A stretch of DNA of 64,000 nt from Thermodesulfobacteriota bacterium (GCA_965232155.1 OZ246948.1:908829-972828), one strand, 5' to 3'; shown: positions 31,917 to 41,646, counted from the stretch's first letter. Program-made: numbers and translations. The notes: generated by a model from the sequence alone, not told the origin.

Positions 31917-32035
31917 TACCCCTGTCCTCTCTTCTCTGTAACACTATACCACAGCGACCCGATTGAGATTTATCGCATTGAGTTAGACCCTTAAATCATA
32001 GATACTTAACCCCTGACTAGGTCTGGTGATGGAAT

Positions 32036-32755
32036 ATGAGCAAACCCGCGGACATACAGCTTGACTTAAGCGAGAAAGGCAGAGGGGGCGAGTCTCTTGA
32101 CAGAAGGCTTTTCATGCAGTTTCTGAGTTTCGGAGGAATTGATCCGGCGCTTGAATCCGTTTTGGCTCGAGATCTTGAGAACTCTTCTTTAACGGCGGTT
32201 CTTTATTCGGACATAAATGATTACAAAGGCGCGGGGCTTTTGACAATAACCGAGACCCCCGAGTTTTTCGTTACGGAACTCAGGCAATTTCTTTCCGACT
32301 CTTCTTTTGCCACACTTAAGCCGAAGCCTGAGTACACGATGTTCGGAAGGACTTACTCGCTCGGTTATGAAAAAGACCTTGAAGGAACACTGATTTCGGG
32401 CCCAAAGCAGAAAATCTTTGACCCGGAGCTTGTCTGGGCCATATGGTATCCGCTAAGGAGGGCTAAGGCTTTTGAGACCCTCCCTCCCGAGGAGCAGAGA
32501 GCTGTTCTTGCGGAACACGGCAAGATAGGGTTTCAGTTCGGGAACTCGGGATACGCAAAGGACATCCGTCTTGCGAGCCACGGTTTTGACAAAAACGACA
32601 ATGATTTCGTCATAGGGATTCTGGGCAGAGATCTCTATCCGCTCTCCGCGCTGGTGGAGAGGATGAGAAAGACGCAGCAGACTTCAAAGTACCTTGAAAG
32701 CCTGGGCCCCTTTTTTATCGGCAAGAAACTGTTTTCGACCGTACAGGCCATATGA
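32036..32755 (+). CDS. Chlorite dismutase/coproheme decarboxylase (Cld/ChdC) family heme protein
   Basis: WYPLRR...L..EEQ...L.EHG.IG proximal His segment, SHGFD..D.DFVI, LV..MR. Confidence 0.8.
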   Translation: MSKPADIQLDLSEKGRGGESLDRRLFMQFLSFGGIDPALESVLARDLENSSLTAVLYSDINDYKGAGLLTITETPEFFVTELRQFLSDSSFATLKPKPEYTMFGRTYSLGYEKDLEGTLISGPKQKIFDPELVWAIWYPLRRAKAFETLPPEEQRAVLAEHGKIGFQFGNSGYAKDIRLASHGFDKNDNDFVIGILGRDLYPLSALVERMRKTQQTSKYLESLGPFFIGKKLFSTVQAI

Positions 32756-34167
32756 AAGAAACTACTGAGCTTTTATCGGCACTCGGAACCCATGTTGATC
32801 TTGAGATTGCCACCCCGGTAGCTGTAGCAGTCGCCGTACTTGCGGCGGTTTATTTCTTCTCCAGGAAAAAAGAAGTTCCGCCGGAGACCGTGGCGCAGGA
32901 GCAGCCCGAGGCCGTTTCCACTGAACCCGAAGAGGGGGAGCCGCCGCCCGAACCCCCCGCCCTGGAAGGCGCGCCCGCACCAGTTGCCGAACCTGCACCT
33001 GAACCGCAGTTTACTGCGCCCGAACCCGTAGCGGTGGAAGAAAAAGATATTGTGACGCCGCCTACAGACCCCGTACCTGCTGCTGAAGCGATCGAGGTTC
33101 CAGAGGAACCGGTCCCCCTTGAAGAACCGGAAGCCGAGTCTGAAGAAGTGAAGGCTGAAGAGGAACCGGAAGAAAGCGAGGTTGCCCAAGAGCCGGGGGA
33201 GGAAATCGTTGCGGAAGAGAAAGAAGATGATACGGAGGGGGACTTCTTCTCGAGGCTTAGCCTCGGACTTTCCAAGACTCGCAGGGGGATTCTGCAGAAT
33301 CTAGAATATGTTTTTTCATCCGGGAAGATTGATGATGCTACTTGGGATGAGTTCGAAGAGGTGCTCATAATGTCGGATATGGGGGTTGCGACTACCGCAA
33401 AACTGCGAGAGAAAGTCTCGTCCGCAGTTGGAGCGGGAGGCGGCGGAGACATGGAGAAAATAAAAACCCTTCTTGAAAAAGAGATTCTCGATATCCTAAA
33501 GGAAGTCGAGAGTCCGGTGGCTGATCTTTCCGCCAAGCCGACGGTTTTCATGGTGGCGGGAGTTAACGGCGTCGGAAAAACTACTTCAATAGGAAAAATC
33601 GCCAACAGATTCACACGGGAAGGAAAGAAGGTAATGGTAGCCGCCGCCGACACGTTCAGGGCGGCCGCGGTTGAGCAGCTCGGGGTGTGGGCCGAGCGGG
33701 TGGGAAGCGATTTTCTTCGCGGCCAGACAGGGGCGGATCCATCCGCAGTAGCTTACGATGCGGTAAAGGCGTCAGTTTCAAGAGGCCTTGACCTCCTCGT
33801 GATAGATACCGCCGGGCGGGTTCACACGAAAACGGGACTTATGGACGAACTCAGTAAGCTTAGAAGAGTGGTCGCCCGTGAACTCGAGGGAGCCCCTCAT
33901 GAAACTCTACTTGTCGTTGATGCCACTACTGGGCAAAACGCCGTGGAGCAGGCTAGGGTTTTTGGCGAAGCCATCGGGGTGACCGGTATAGTGCTTACCA
34001 AGCTCGACGGGTCCGCCAAGGGGGGAATAATAGTGGCGATAGCGGAACAGCTTGGTCTTCCGGTGAAGTACATAGGCGTTGGGGAAGGTCTCGGGGACCT
34101 GCGCGAATTTGACGCTGAACAGTTCACAAAGGCGCTTTTCACATCGGACAAGGAGGCCTTGCACTAG
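32752..34167 (+). CDS. ftsY: SRP receptor FtsY with N-terminal hydrophobic anchor and acidic Pro/Glu linker
   Basis: GVNGVGKTT, DTFRAAA, DTAGR, TKLDG.AKGG. Confidence 0.96.
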   Translation: MKETTELLSALGTHVDLEIATPVAVAVAVLAAVYFFSRKKEVPPETVAQEQPEAVSTEPEEGEPPPEPPALEGAPAPVAEPAPEPQFTAPEPVAVEEKDIVTPPTDPVPAAEAIEVPEEPVPLEEPEAESEEVKAEEEPEESEVAQEPGEEIVAEEKEDDTEGDFFSRLSLGLSKTRRGILQNLEYVFSSGKIDDATWDEFEEVLIMSDMGVATTAKLREKVSSAVGAGGGGDMEKIKTLLEKEILDILKEVESPVADLSAKPTVFMVAGVNGVGKTTSIGKIANRFTREGKKVMVAAADTFRAAAVEQLGVWAERVGSDFLRGQTGADPSAVAYDAVKASVSRGLDLLVIDTAGRVHTKTGLMDELSKLRRVVARELEGAPHETLLVVDATTGQNAVEQARVFGEAIGVTGIVLTKLDGSAKGGIIVAIAEQLGLPVKYIGVGEGLGDLREFDAEQFTKALFTSDKEALH

Positions 34168-34173
34168 GTTTTT

Positions 34174-35280
34174 ATGCCCGCTCGAGATGACAGGGAGTTC
34201 ATGAAAAAAGCCCTGAGGCTTGCCCTCAGGGGAGAAGGGTGCACCAGCCCCAATCCCATGGTCGGCGCCGTCTGCGTACTCGAGGGACGCATCGTGGGCC
34301 GCGGTTATCATAAAAAAGCCGGAGCTGCCCACGCGGAGATAGAAGCGTTCGCGGATGCCGCTAGAAAGGGAGTTTCGCTAAAAGACGCCACGCTTTACGT
34401 GACGCTTGAACCCTGCTGCCATAAAGAAAAGCTCACTCCTCCGTGTACTGATGCCATAATAGCTTCGGGCATATCAGATGTCGTCGTGGGAGCTATTGAC
34501 CCTAATCCCAAGGTAAGCGGAAAAGGAGTGGCGAAACTCCGCGAAAACGGGATAGCGGTGAGAACGGGGGTTCTTGAGAGGGAATGCACAGAAATAAACG
34601 AGTTTTTCAATAAGCACGTTGTCTCGGGGCTTCCTTTCGTCATCTTAAAATGCGCTTCCACAATTGACGGCAAGATAGCTTCCGCAACGGGTGATTCCAA
34701 GTGGATAGGGAGCGTGAGACAAAGGAAAATGGCCCATCATCTGAGAAAAAAAGTGGATGCGGTAATTGTCGGGATAAACACGGTGCTTGCGGACGACCCG
34801 GGGCTTGACGTTCGCCTAGTCGGCGGGAACGTGCGGCAGCCGGTTCCGGTGATTATGGATTCAAAGCTTCGTATTTCACCCGAAGCGAAGGTTCTAAGCA
34901 CTCATCCCCGCTCGATAATAGCCACTACAGAGGCCGCGGGGTCGGCTAAGGAAAGGAGGATTCAAGCGCTCGGTGCCGAGATCCTGAGGTTGGAATCCGA
35001 TGCCGAGGGCCACGTACCTGCCGCAGACCTTCTTCGTGAGCTTGGTGCCGAGGGGATGTGCGGGGTTCTGGTTGAAGGGGGAAGCAGGGTAGGGGCCTGT
35101 TTTCTCCGCGAGGGCTTGATTGACAAGGTGGTTTTCTTTTACGCACCCAAGATTATCGGAGGCGACGGGGTGAGCATGGTCGGAGATCTTGGGAAGCAAT
35201 CGATAGAGGATGCGATCAGTATCAAGAATATTAGGGTCAGAAGGTTCGGCGATGAAATGATGGTAGAGGGATACATATGA
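34174..35280 (+). CDS. ribD: Riboflavin biosynthesis bifunctional deaminase/reductase
   Basis: PNPMVG, HAE, TLEPCCH...PPC, DGKIA, EGG. Confidence 0.96.
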   Translation: MPARDDREFMKKALRLALRGEGCTSPNPMVGAVCVLEGRIVGRGYHKKAGAAHAEIEAFADAARKGVSLKDATLYVTLEPCCHKEKLTPPCTDAIIASGISDVVVGAIDPNPKVSGKGVAKLRENGIAVRTGVLERECTEINEFFNKHVVSGLPFVILKCASTIDGKIASATGDSKWIGSVRQRKMAHHLRKKVDAVIVGINTVLADDPGLDVRLVGGNVRQPVPVIMDSKLRISPEAKVLSTHPRSIIATTEAAGSAKERRIQALGAEILRLESDAEGHVPAADLLRELGAEGMCGVLVEGGSRVGACFLREGLIDKVVFFYAPKIIGGDGVSMVGDLGKQSIEDAISIKNIRVRRFGDEMMVEGYI

Positions 35281-35942
35281 AGATAGGTCTGATGGGCGGC
35301 TCGTTTGATCCCGTGCACATGGGTCACCTGAGGGCCGCCGAGGAGATAAGCGAAATACTGACGCTGGACGAGGTGGTTTTTATTCCGACTCTTGTCTCTC
35401 CCCATAAAAGCTCAGAAACCATGGCTGCCTCTTCTCACAGGCTCAATATGCTTAACCTTTCGGCAAAACACAATCCCCGGTTCAGGGTTTCTGACATGGA
35501 ACTCCGCAGAGAACCTCCTTCCTACACTATCGATACTCTCAGGGCGCTTAAGCAAAGCGGTCCGGAAAACGGATATTACTTCATAATGGGTTGCGAGCTT
35601 TTTGCGGAAATAGACACGTGGAAAGATTTCACAGAGCTTTTCAACTACTCAAGTTTCGTTGTTCTTCGCCGCCCCGGCTACGATTTCGTTGATTCCGCCA
35701 GTCCGATTCCCCTTGCCCTCGAAAATGACTTTCGATATTCTTATAGCCACAGGGGTATGGATGTTTTCGCTCATAAAAGCTCAAATGAGTTGTTTTTCGT
35801 AGATATCGCCGGTATAAGGGTTTCTTCCACGGAGGTCAGGGAACTTGCACGCCGCGGCGATTCGCTCAGATACCTGGTCCCGCGCGAGGTGGAGGGGTAT
35901 GTAGCGGAGAACGGCCTTTACCAGCTGGAGGAAAAACCATAG
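35277..35942 (+). CDS. nadD: Nicotinate-nucleotide adenylyltransferase
   Basis: GGSFDPVHMGH, SYTIDT, SSTEVR, GLY. Confidence 0.96.
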   Translation: MKIGLMGGSFDPVHMGHLRAAEEISEILTLDEVVFIPTLVSPHKSSETMAASSHRLNMLNLSAKHNPRFRVSDMELRREPPSYTIDTLRALKQSGPENGYYFIMGCELFAEIDTWKDFTELFNYSSFVVLRRPGYDFVDSASPIPLALENDFRYSYSHRGMDVFAHKSSNELFFVDIAGIRVSSTEVRELARRGDSLRYLVPREVEGYVAENGLYQLEEKP

Positions 35943-36310
35943 AGCCCAAGGAAAAAGCCTTGTTTGTCGCCCGTGCCGCTTGGGAGAAAAAGGCGGAAGA
36001 CCCTGTGATTCTGGAGATTAGGGAAAAAAGCGACGTGGCGGACTATTTCGTTGTGTGCAGCGCAAACTCCGACAGGGGAGTGCAGACCATAGTAGAAAGC
36101 GTTGAGCGGGAACTTAAAAAACGCGGAGTAAGGATATTCGGGAGCGAAGGCGTTTCGGAAGGCAGGTGGGTGCTGCTTGATCTTGTGGACGTTGTCCTCC
36201 ACGTATTCTACCGGCCCGTCCGGGAATTCTACGACATTGAGGGGCTCTGGATCGATACCCCGAGGGTGGACCTGCCATTCCTTAAGGAAGGCAGATCCGA
36301 GGTTGTCTGA
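35939..36310 (+). CDS. rsfS: Ribosome silencing factor RsfS (start probably ATA 35939; first canonical start is TTG 35960)
   Basis: KKAED..I, ADYFVV, WVLLD..DVV.HVF, RE.YDIE.LW; GGAGG 7 nt before in-frame ATA. Confidence 0.93.
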   Translation: MEPKEKALFVARAAWEKKAEDPVILEIREKSDVADYFVVCSANSDRGVQTIVESVERELKKRGVRIFGSEGVSEGRWVLLDLVDVVLHVFYRPVREFYDIEGLWIDTPRVDLPFLKEGRSEVV

Positions 36311-36313
36311 CAC

Positions 36314-36352
36314 CGCCCGGACTGTTCTTAGCGGGCGATTCTTTCTTTTTTT
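36314..36352 (+). terminator. Possible intrinsic terminator at the rsfS/ftsZ convergence
   Basis: CGCCCG-N12-CGGGCG stem followed by ATTCTTTCTTTTTT; long loop. Confidence 0.3.
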
Positions 36353-37404
36353 CTGACGAAAGTCGGTATATCGAGGTCTTCCTCTATATCGGAGCTGTAC
36401 GGCTGTTCCGAAATTATATCGGTTGCCCTTTTATCGATGCAGTTCTCTATACCGGTTGCGACCACGGTGATTCTTACGAAATCCTTGGCCTTTTCATCGA
36501 AGACCAGACCGAAAATCAGGTCGATGTCACCGTTCGCTCTTTCCCTCACGTGACTGCATGCTTCGTCCAACTCCTCAATTCCGAAGTCCTCCGAGGCCGT
36601 TACGTTCATCAGTATTCCCTTGGCTCCGGCAATGGACACATCCTCGAGAAGAGGACTTGTTATGGCCATCTGCGCTGCCTGAGTCGCCCGGTTCGGACCC
36701 TGCGCGAATCCGGAACTCATAAGGGCTTTGCCTCCGTGGTTTGCCATTATGCTCTTCACATCGGCAAAATCGACGTTAATGTATCCGACTCCCGTAACGA
36801 TGTCGGAAATTCCCTTTACCGCCTGGTAAAGAACTTCATCTGCCTGACGAAAAGCGTCGAGAATGCTGATTTTGTGTATGGCCGCAAGCTTGTCGTTGGG
36901 AATCACAATCAGCGTGTCGACGTGTTTGTTCAGTTCATCGATTCCGTAATCAGCGTTCTTCTTTCTCGCAGCTCCTTCGAATTCAAAGGGTTTTGTGACT
37001 ATAGCCACGGTAAGAATATCCTTCTCCTTGCATACTTGGGCAATTACTGGAGAAACGCCCGTACCGGTTCCGCCTCCCATCCCCGCAGTTACGAAAACCA
37101 TGTCGGCTTCTCCTAGAACCTTTGCTATATTGTCTCGGTCCTCAAGAGCGGCTTCTTTTGCAATCTGGGGATTTCCCCCGGAACCGAGGCCCCTCGATAC
37201 ACTCTCTCCTATCTGGAGTTTCGTCGGTGCGAGCGATTTGGCTAGATCCTGGAAATCCGTGTTTACGGCTACGAACTCCACTTCTTTAAGTCCCTTGCTT
37301 ATCATGGTGTTGACGGCGTTTCCGCCGGCTCCACCTGTTCCTACAACCTTGATTTTGGCTCTGCTGAGACTTTCATCAACATGCTCAATCCTAAAACTTG
37401 ACAT
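36328..37404 (-). CDS. ftsZ: Cell division protein FtsZ
   Basis: GGAGGNAVN, GMGGGTGTG, NVDFADV, C-terminal LDIPTF. Confidence 0.98.
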   Translation of the reverse strand: MSSFRIEHVDESLSRAKIKVVGTGGAGGNAVNTMISKGLKEVEFVAVNTDFQDLAKSLAPTKLQIGESVSRGLGSGGNPQIAKEAALEDRDNIAKVLGEADMVFVTAGMGGGTGTGVSPVIAQVCKEKDILTVAIVTKPFEFEGAARKKNADYGIDELNKHVDTLIVIPNDKLAAIHKISILDAFRQADEVLYQAVKGISDIVTGVGYINVDFADVKSIMANHGGKALMSSGFAQGPNRATQAAQMAITSPLLEDVSIAGAKGILMNVTASEDFGIEELDEACSHVRERANGDIDLIFGLVFDEKAKDFVRITVVATGIENCIDKRATDIISEQPYSSDIEEDLDIPTFVRKKERIAR

Positions 37405-37432
37405 ATGTTTACCCTCCGGTTGGATATTTCTT

Positions 37433-38674
37433 TTAAAAAAATTCGTTAAACCATCCTTTCATTTTCGTAAGAACATTTTTCTGCGTCAGTACCCCTGCTG
37501 CAACTCCGGGTTCTTTGTTCAAATTTGCATATTTAACCAGCCCTACTCCGGTTGAGTAAATGGGGTCGGTGATAATGTCCGTGAGACCGCTTACATCGCG
37601 GGGTATCCCGATGTGGACCGGCATGTCGAGTACCTGCTCTGCAAGAGCCGTCATCTCCCGCATTTTGCTGCCTCCCCCGGTAAGCACCACTCCTGCCGGA
37701 AGCATGCCGATGAATCCTTTCTTTGAGAATTCTTCTTTTATCAGCGTGAAGATCTCCTCCATTCTCAGTTGGATTATCGTCGTAAGATCCCTTTTGAGAA
37801 CATGCTTGGGTTCGTGCCCCGAAGCGCTTTTTACCTCTATTCTCTCGTCGCTCATCATTATTTCATCTGGCGTTGCCGTAGCTACGCCGTGATTTTCCTT
37901 GAGCTTTCTCGCCTCGGGAAGCGGCACCGAGAGTCCGAAGGCTATATCCCTGTCGAGATGGTCACCCCCTAGTGTGATGCTTTCGGTGTACTTGACGCTT
38001 CCGTTCATGAACACCGCTATATCGCAGGTGCCTCCTCCGAAGTCTATCATCGCTACCCCGATTTCTCTTTCGTCCTGCGTAAGAACCGCTTCACTTGAAG
38101 CTATCTGCTCAAGTACCATGTCAGTGGAAGTCATTCCTGACATCTCTATGCATTTTATGATATTCCGGGCCGCGGTCACGTCCCCGGTGACTATGTGGAC
38201 GTCCGCCTCGAGCTTTAAACCGTGGATGCCGACCGGATCGTTTATGCCGCTTTCCCTGTCAACCGTGTACTCCTGCGGGATAGCATGAATAATTTCCCTT
38301 TCCGCCGGAATCAGAAGAGCGTTTGCCGATTCTATTACTCTCTCGATATCCTTGGAAGTTACCTCCTTTTCCCGCAGGGTGACCATTCCGTGCCCGTTCA
38401 TCCCCTTTATATGCCCTCCGGCTATTCCTACTATGACCTCTTTTATGGCATGTCCGGACATGTGTTCGGCTTTCTCGACCGCGTTCTGTATGGAGTCCAC
38501 GGTTTTTTCTATGTTGACCACTACTCCCCTTTTGAGTCCGTGGGAGGGGTGGTTGCCGACGCCGATTATCTCGATCTCGCCGTTTAGGTCGGATTCCCCA
38601 ACCACTACGGAGACTTTCGTCGTTCCTATGTCAAGACCAACTACCGGTAGCGAATTGTTTTTTTTCTGCGCCAT
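37433..38674 (-). CDS. ftsA: Cell division protein FtsA
   Basis: GLDIGTTK, IDFGGGT, VLTGGG, YSTGVGL. Confidence 0.97.
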   Translation of the reverse strand: MAQKKNNSLPVVGLDIGTTKVSVVVGESDLNGEIEIIGVGNHPSHGLKRGVVVNIEKTVDSIQNAVEKAEHMSGHAIKEVIVGIAGGHIKGMNGHGMVTLREKEVTSKDIERVIESANALLIPAEREIIHAIPQEYTVDRESGINDPVGIHGLKLEADVHIVTGDVTAARNIIKCIEMSGMTSTDMVLEQIASSEAVLTQDEREIGVAMIDFGGGTCDIAVFMNGSVKYTESITLGGDHLDRDIAFGLSVPLPEARKLKENHGVATATPDEIMMSDERIEVKSASGHEPKHVLKRDLTTIIQLRMEEIFTLIKEEFSKKGFIGMLPAGVVLTGGGSKMREMTALAEQVLDMPVHIGIPRDVSGLTDIITDPIYSTGVGLVKYANLNKEPGVAAGVLTQKNVLTKMKGWFNEFF

Positions 38675-38683
38675 TTCATTATG

Positions 38684-39385
38684 TCAGGAGTCGTAGCCTA
38701 TTACGCCCACTTCGCCCGAGCTTATGTCTATATCTTTTTCCACCAGATTATTCTTGCGTGAGTGAACTATTATTCTCTCAACCTTGTTCCATTTGCTTTT
38801 CATATTGTTTTTTCCGAAGGTTACGAATCTGCGGTCGAGGGTTAGGAGCTTGATGCCGAAGCTCTCTTCCACCACTATCTCCGAGATTTCCGACCAGCCA
38901 AGAGCCGGACTTGACTTGGAGAGATTAAGAATCTCGATTGCCTGGAGCATGAGACCCGGACTGATTTCCTCCTTGCTTGAGATAACCGGGAAATCAAGAC
39001 CTCGGGACGGTTCCGCTGCACCCAGCCGCCTTCCCTTTACGTCTATATAGTATGGTTCAGCTTCCTCCCGGGTCACTATGCAGAAGGGTTCGGTTTCGTA
39101 GATCTCAACTTTTATTTTTCCGTGAAGAAGCTTCTTTATCCGTACTTCGCTTATCCAAGGATTCTCAAGAATTTCCTGTTTTGCCTTGGAAGTGGAAAAC
39201 AGCATGGATGTTGACCCGGCTCTTATTCCGGAGCGTTTTATGATTTCCGAGGAGCTTATCTGGTTGTTTCCCGTAATGACAATCTCTTTCACGGTAAGAT
39301 GGTCAGACGGCTCTATTGCGAAAAGAGCAATTCCACAGACCGACAGGAAAAAGATAGTCGATATTCCCTTTGTCAGCATCCTCAT
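38684..39385 (-). CDS. ftsQ: Cell division protein FtsQ/DivIB
   Basis: TM followed by POTRA (I.ITGN...PWI..V); position before ftsA. Confidence 0.85.
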   Translation of the reverse strand: MRMLTKGISTIFFLSVCGIALFAIEPSDHLTVKEIVITGNNQISSSEIIKRSGIRAGSTSMLFSTSKAKQEILENPWISEVRIKKLLHGKIKVEIYETEPFCIVTREEAEPYYIDVKGRRLGAAEPSRGLDFPVISSKEEISPGLMLQAIEILNLSKSSPALGWSEISEIVVEESFGIKLLTLDRRFVTFGKNNMKSKWNKVERIIVHSRKNNLVEKDIDISSGEVGVIGYDS

Positions 39386-40278
39386 CCGGCTCCCGCCTCC
39401 TTGCCCATTATTTCGACTTCAGGCTCAAGAGCTATATTCCGTTTTTTCAAGGCGTCTTCCCTCGCTTTTTCGATGAGTGCGATGATATCATCGGCTTTTG
39501 CCCTGTTGAAGTTCACGATGAAGTTCGCGTGGATCTCCGAGAACTTGGCTCCGCCGACGCAAAGTCCCTTGAATCCCAGACCCTCGAGCAGTTCTCCCGC
39601 ACTGACCGTGGCTGGGTTTTTGAAGACTGAGCCCGTGTTGGCCATTTTTACGGGCTGGGTCCTGTTTCTGTAAGCGAGGTACTGTCTCACATTCTCCTCG
39701 CTTTTCTTTCTGTCTCCTTCGCGCAGTTCGAACACGGCTTTCGTGACTATGGAGCCCTCGGGCAGATTGCTTTTTCTGTACTCGAAGTTTATCTCTTCTC
39801 TTGACAGTTTTTTTTCCTCGCCCTCGTGCCATACATGAACTTCTTTCACCGCGTCCTTTATTTCTCCCCCGTTTGCGCCGGCGTTCATGTATATGCTTCC
39901 TCCCACCGTTCCGGGTATTCCGGCGGCGAATTCAAACCCTGTGAGTCCGAGGCGGATCGATCTGTTCATTATGGATGAGAGCATCGCGCCGCATTCGGCT
40001 TCAACGCGCGTTCCGTCTATGCGTACTTCCTTTAGCTTCCTCGTGCTTATAACTACGCCGTCTATTCCCTGCTCGGTTATTATGGTGTTGGAACCGGCTC
40101 CGAGCACGGTGACTTTTTCTCCCGACTCATGGCAGTGCCTAAGCAGTTCAAGGAAACTTTTCATGCTCTGTGGATACACGAGGCGCTTTGCCTCACCCCC
40201 GACTTTTATGTACAGGTATTTCCTCATCGGGTAGTTGTCCAGTATTTCAAGGTCGCTGTTTTGAATTGAGTTGCTCAT
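39382..40278 (-). CDS. murB: UDP-N-acetylmuramate dehydrogenase
   Basis: GAGSN, GIPGTVGG..YMNAGA, GSVFKNP, HANFIVN, LEPEV. Confidence 0.96.
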   Translation of the reverse strand: MSNSIQNSDLEILDNYPMRKYLYIKVGGEAKRLVYPQSMKSFLELLRHCHESGEKVTVLGAGSNTIITEQGIDGVVISTRKLKEVRIDGTRVEAECGAMLSSIMNRSIRLGLTGFEFAAGIPGTVGGSIYMNAGANGGEIKDAVKEVHVWHEGEEKKLSREEINFEYRKSNLPEGSIVTKAVFELREGDRKKSEENVRQYLAYRNRTQPVKMANTGSVFKNPATVSAGELLEGLGFKGLCVGGAKFSEIHANFIVNFNRAKADDIIALIEKAREDALKKRNIALEPEVEIMGKEAGAG

Positions 40279-41642
40279 GCGATTCGTTCTGCGATCCTCT
40301 CTCCGTACTTCCAGACGTTTCCGGCGCCCGAGGTAAGCAGGATGTCTCCTTTTTTTAGCTCATTTGCCATGCGGTCCACGAAAGCATCGGGGTCATCCAC
40401 ATGATGCGCGTTCGCGTTGCCCGCCTTTTTTATGTCTTCGACCAGTTTTTCTGAAGTTATTCCCTTTACCGGTTTTTCCCCGGCGGGATATATGTCAAGA
40501 ACGTATAGGCGTTTTATTTTTCCTAAAACCCTGACGAAATCGTTGTAAAGAAGTTTTGTCCTAGAAAATCTGTGGGGCTGGAAGAGGAGAATCGGTTCTT
40601 GGGAAAACGCCGCCTTAAGAGCTTCTATAGTGACTTCCAGCTCGCTCGGGTGATGCCCGTAATCATCCATTATTCTCACACCTTTTTTCTCGCTTTTCAA
40701 CTGCAGTCTCCTTTCCGTTCCCTCAAAGGCCGCGAGACCCTCTTTTATCTTCTCAAAGCTGAAGCCGAATTCCATTCCCACGGCTATCGCGGCCAGGGAA
40801 TTCAGGGCGTTATGAGCTCCCAGAGTGTGGAGATCGACCTCTCCGAGCAGGTAGCCCCCGTAGGTTACTTCGAACGACGTGCGCAGCCTGGAAAAGCGTA
40901 TGTTCTCGGCCATCAGGTCCGCGGGAGCACTTATCCCGTAAGTCAGTATTTTTTTGTTGAATTTCCTGCTTATCTTTGCGGTTCTCGGACAGTCGGCGCA
41001 TGTTACTGCCAGTCCGTAGAAGGGAATTTTGTGCAGGAAGTTGGAAAAGGCAAGCTCGAGGGTCTTCATGTCTCCGTAGTAATCAAGGTGCTCCTCGTCG
41101 ACATTTGTGAGCACGGTGACGACCGGGGAGAGCTTTTCGAATGACCCATCGCTCTCGTCGGCTTCCACTACCATGAAACGGCCGGTTCCAAGGTGGGCGT
41201 TTGAGTCTATGGTCCGCAGTTTTCCTCCTACCACTATGGTTGGATCCGCGCCGCAGTGGGAAAGCACCGACGCTATCATGGAGGACGTGGTGGTTTTTCC
41301 GTGGCTTCCGGCGACTGCGATGCCGAACTTGAGTCTCATCAGCTCTGCCAGCATTTCCGCCCTGGGTATGAGGGGAACCCTGGCCGCGGTGGCGGCGATC
41401 ATCTCGGGGTTGTCGTTACTGATAGCCGATGAGTATACGACCACCTCGCTTCCTTTGATGTTTTCCGAGCTGTGGCCTGTGTGAACGACGGCTCCCAAAG
41501 AAGCCAGGCGTTTGGTTATCTGGGTTTCCGCGAGATCGGAACCGCTTACCTCAAGGCCCATGTTGATCAGCACTTCGGCTATGCCGCTCATTCCTATGCC
41601 GCCTATGCCGATGAAATGGACTTTCTTTATCTTTCCGTACAT
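40275..41642 (-). CDS. murC: UDP-N-acetylmuramate--L-alanine ligase
   Basis: GIGGIGMS, GSHGKTTT, EADESD, DDYGHHP, FQPHR. Confidence 0.97.
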   Translation of the reverse strand: MYGKIKKVHFIGIGGIGMSGIAEVLINMGLEVSGSDLAETQITKRLASLGAVVHTGHSSENIKGSEVVVYSSAISNDNPEMIAATAARVPLIPRAEMLAELMRLKFGIAVAGSHGKTTTSSMIASVLSHCGADPTIVVGGKLRTIDSNAHLGTGRFMVVEADESDGSFEKLSPVVTVLTNVDEEHLDYYGDMKTLELAFSNFLHKIPFYGLAVTCADCPRTAKISRKFNKKILTYGISAPADLMAENIRFSRLRTSFEVTYGGYLLGEVDLHTLGAHNALNSLAAIAVGMEFGFSFEKIKEGLAAFEGTERRLQLKSEKKGVRIMDDYGHHPSELEVTIEALKAAFSQEPILLFQPHRFSRTKLLYNDFVRVLGKIKRLYVLDIYPAGEKPVKGITSEKLVEDIKKAGNANAHHVDDPDAFVDRMANELKKGDILLTSGAGNVWKYGERIAERIA

Positions 41643-41646
41643 TCGA

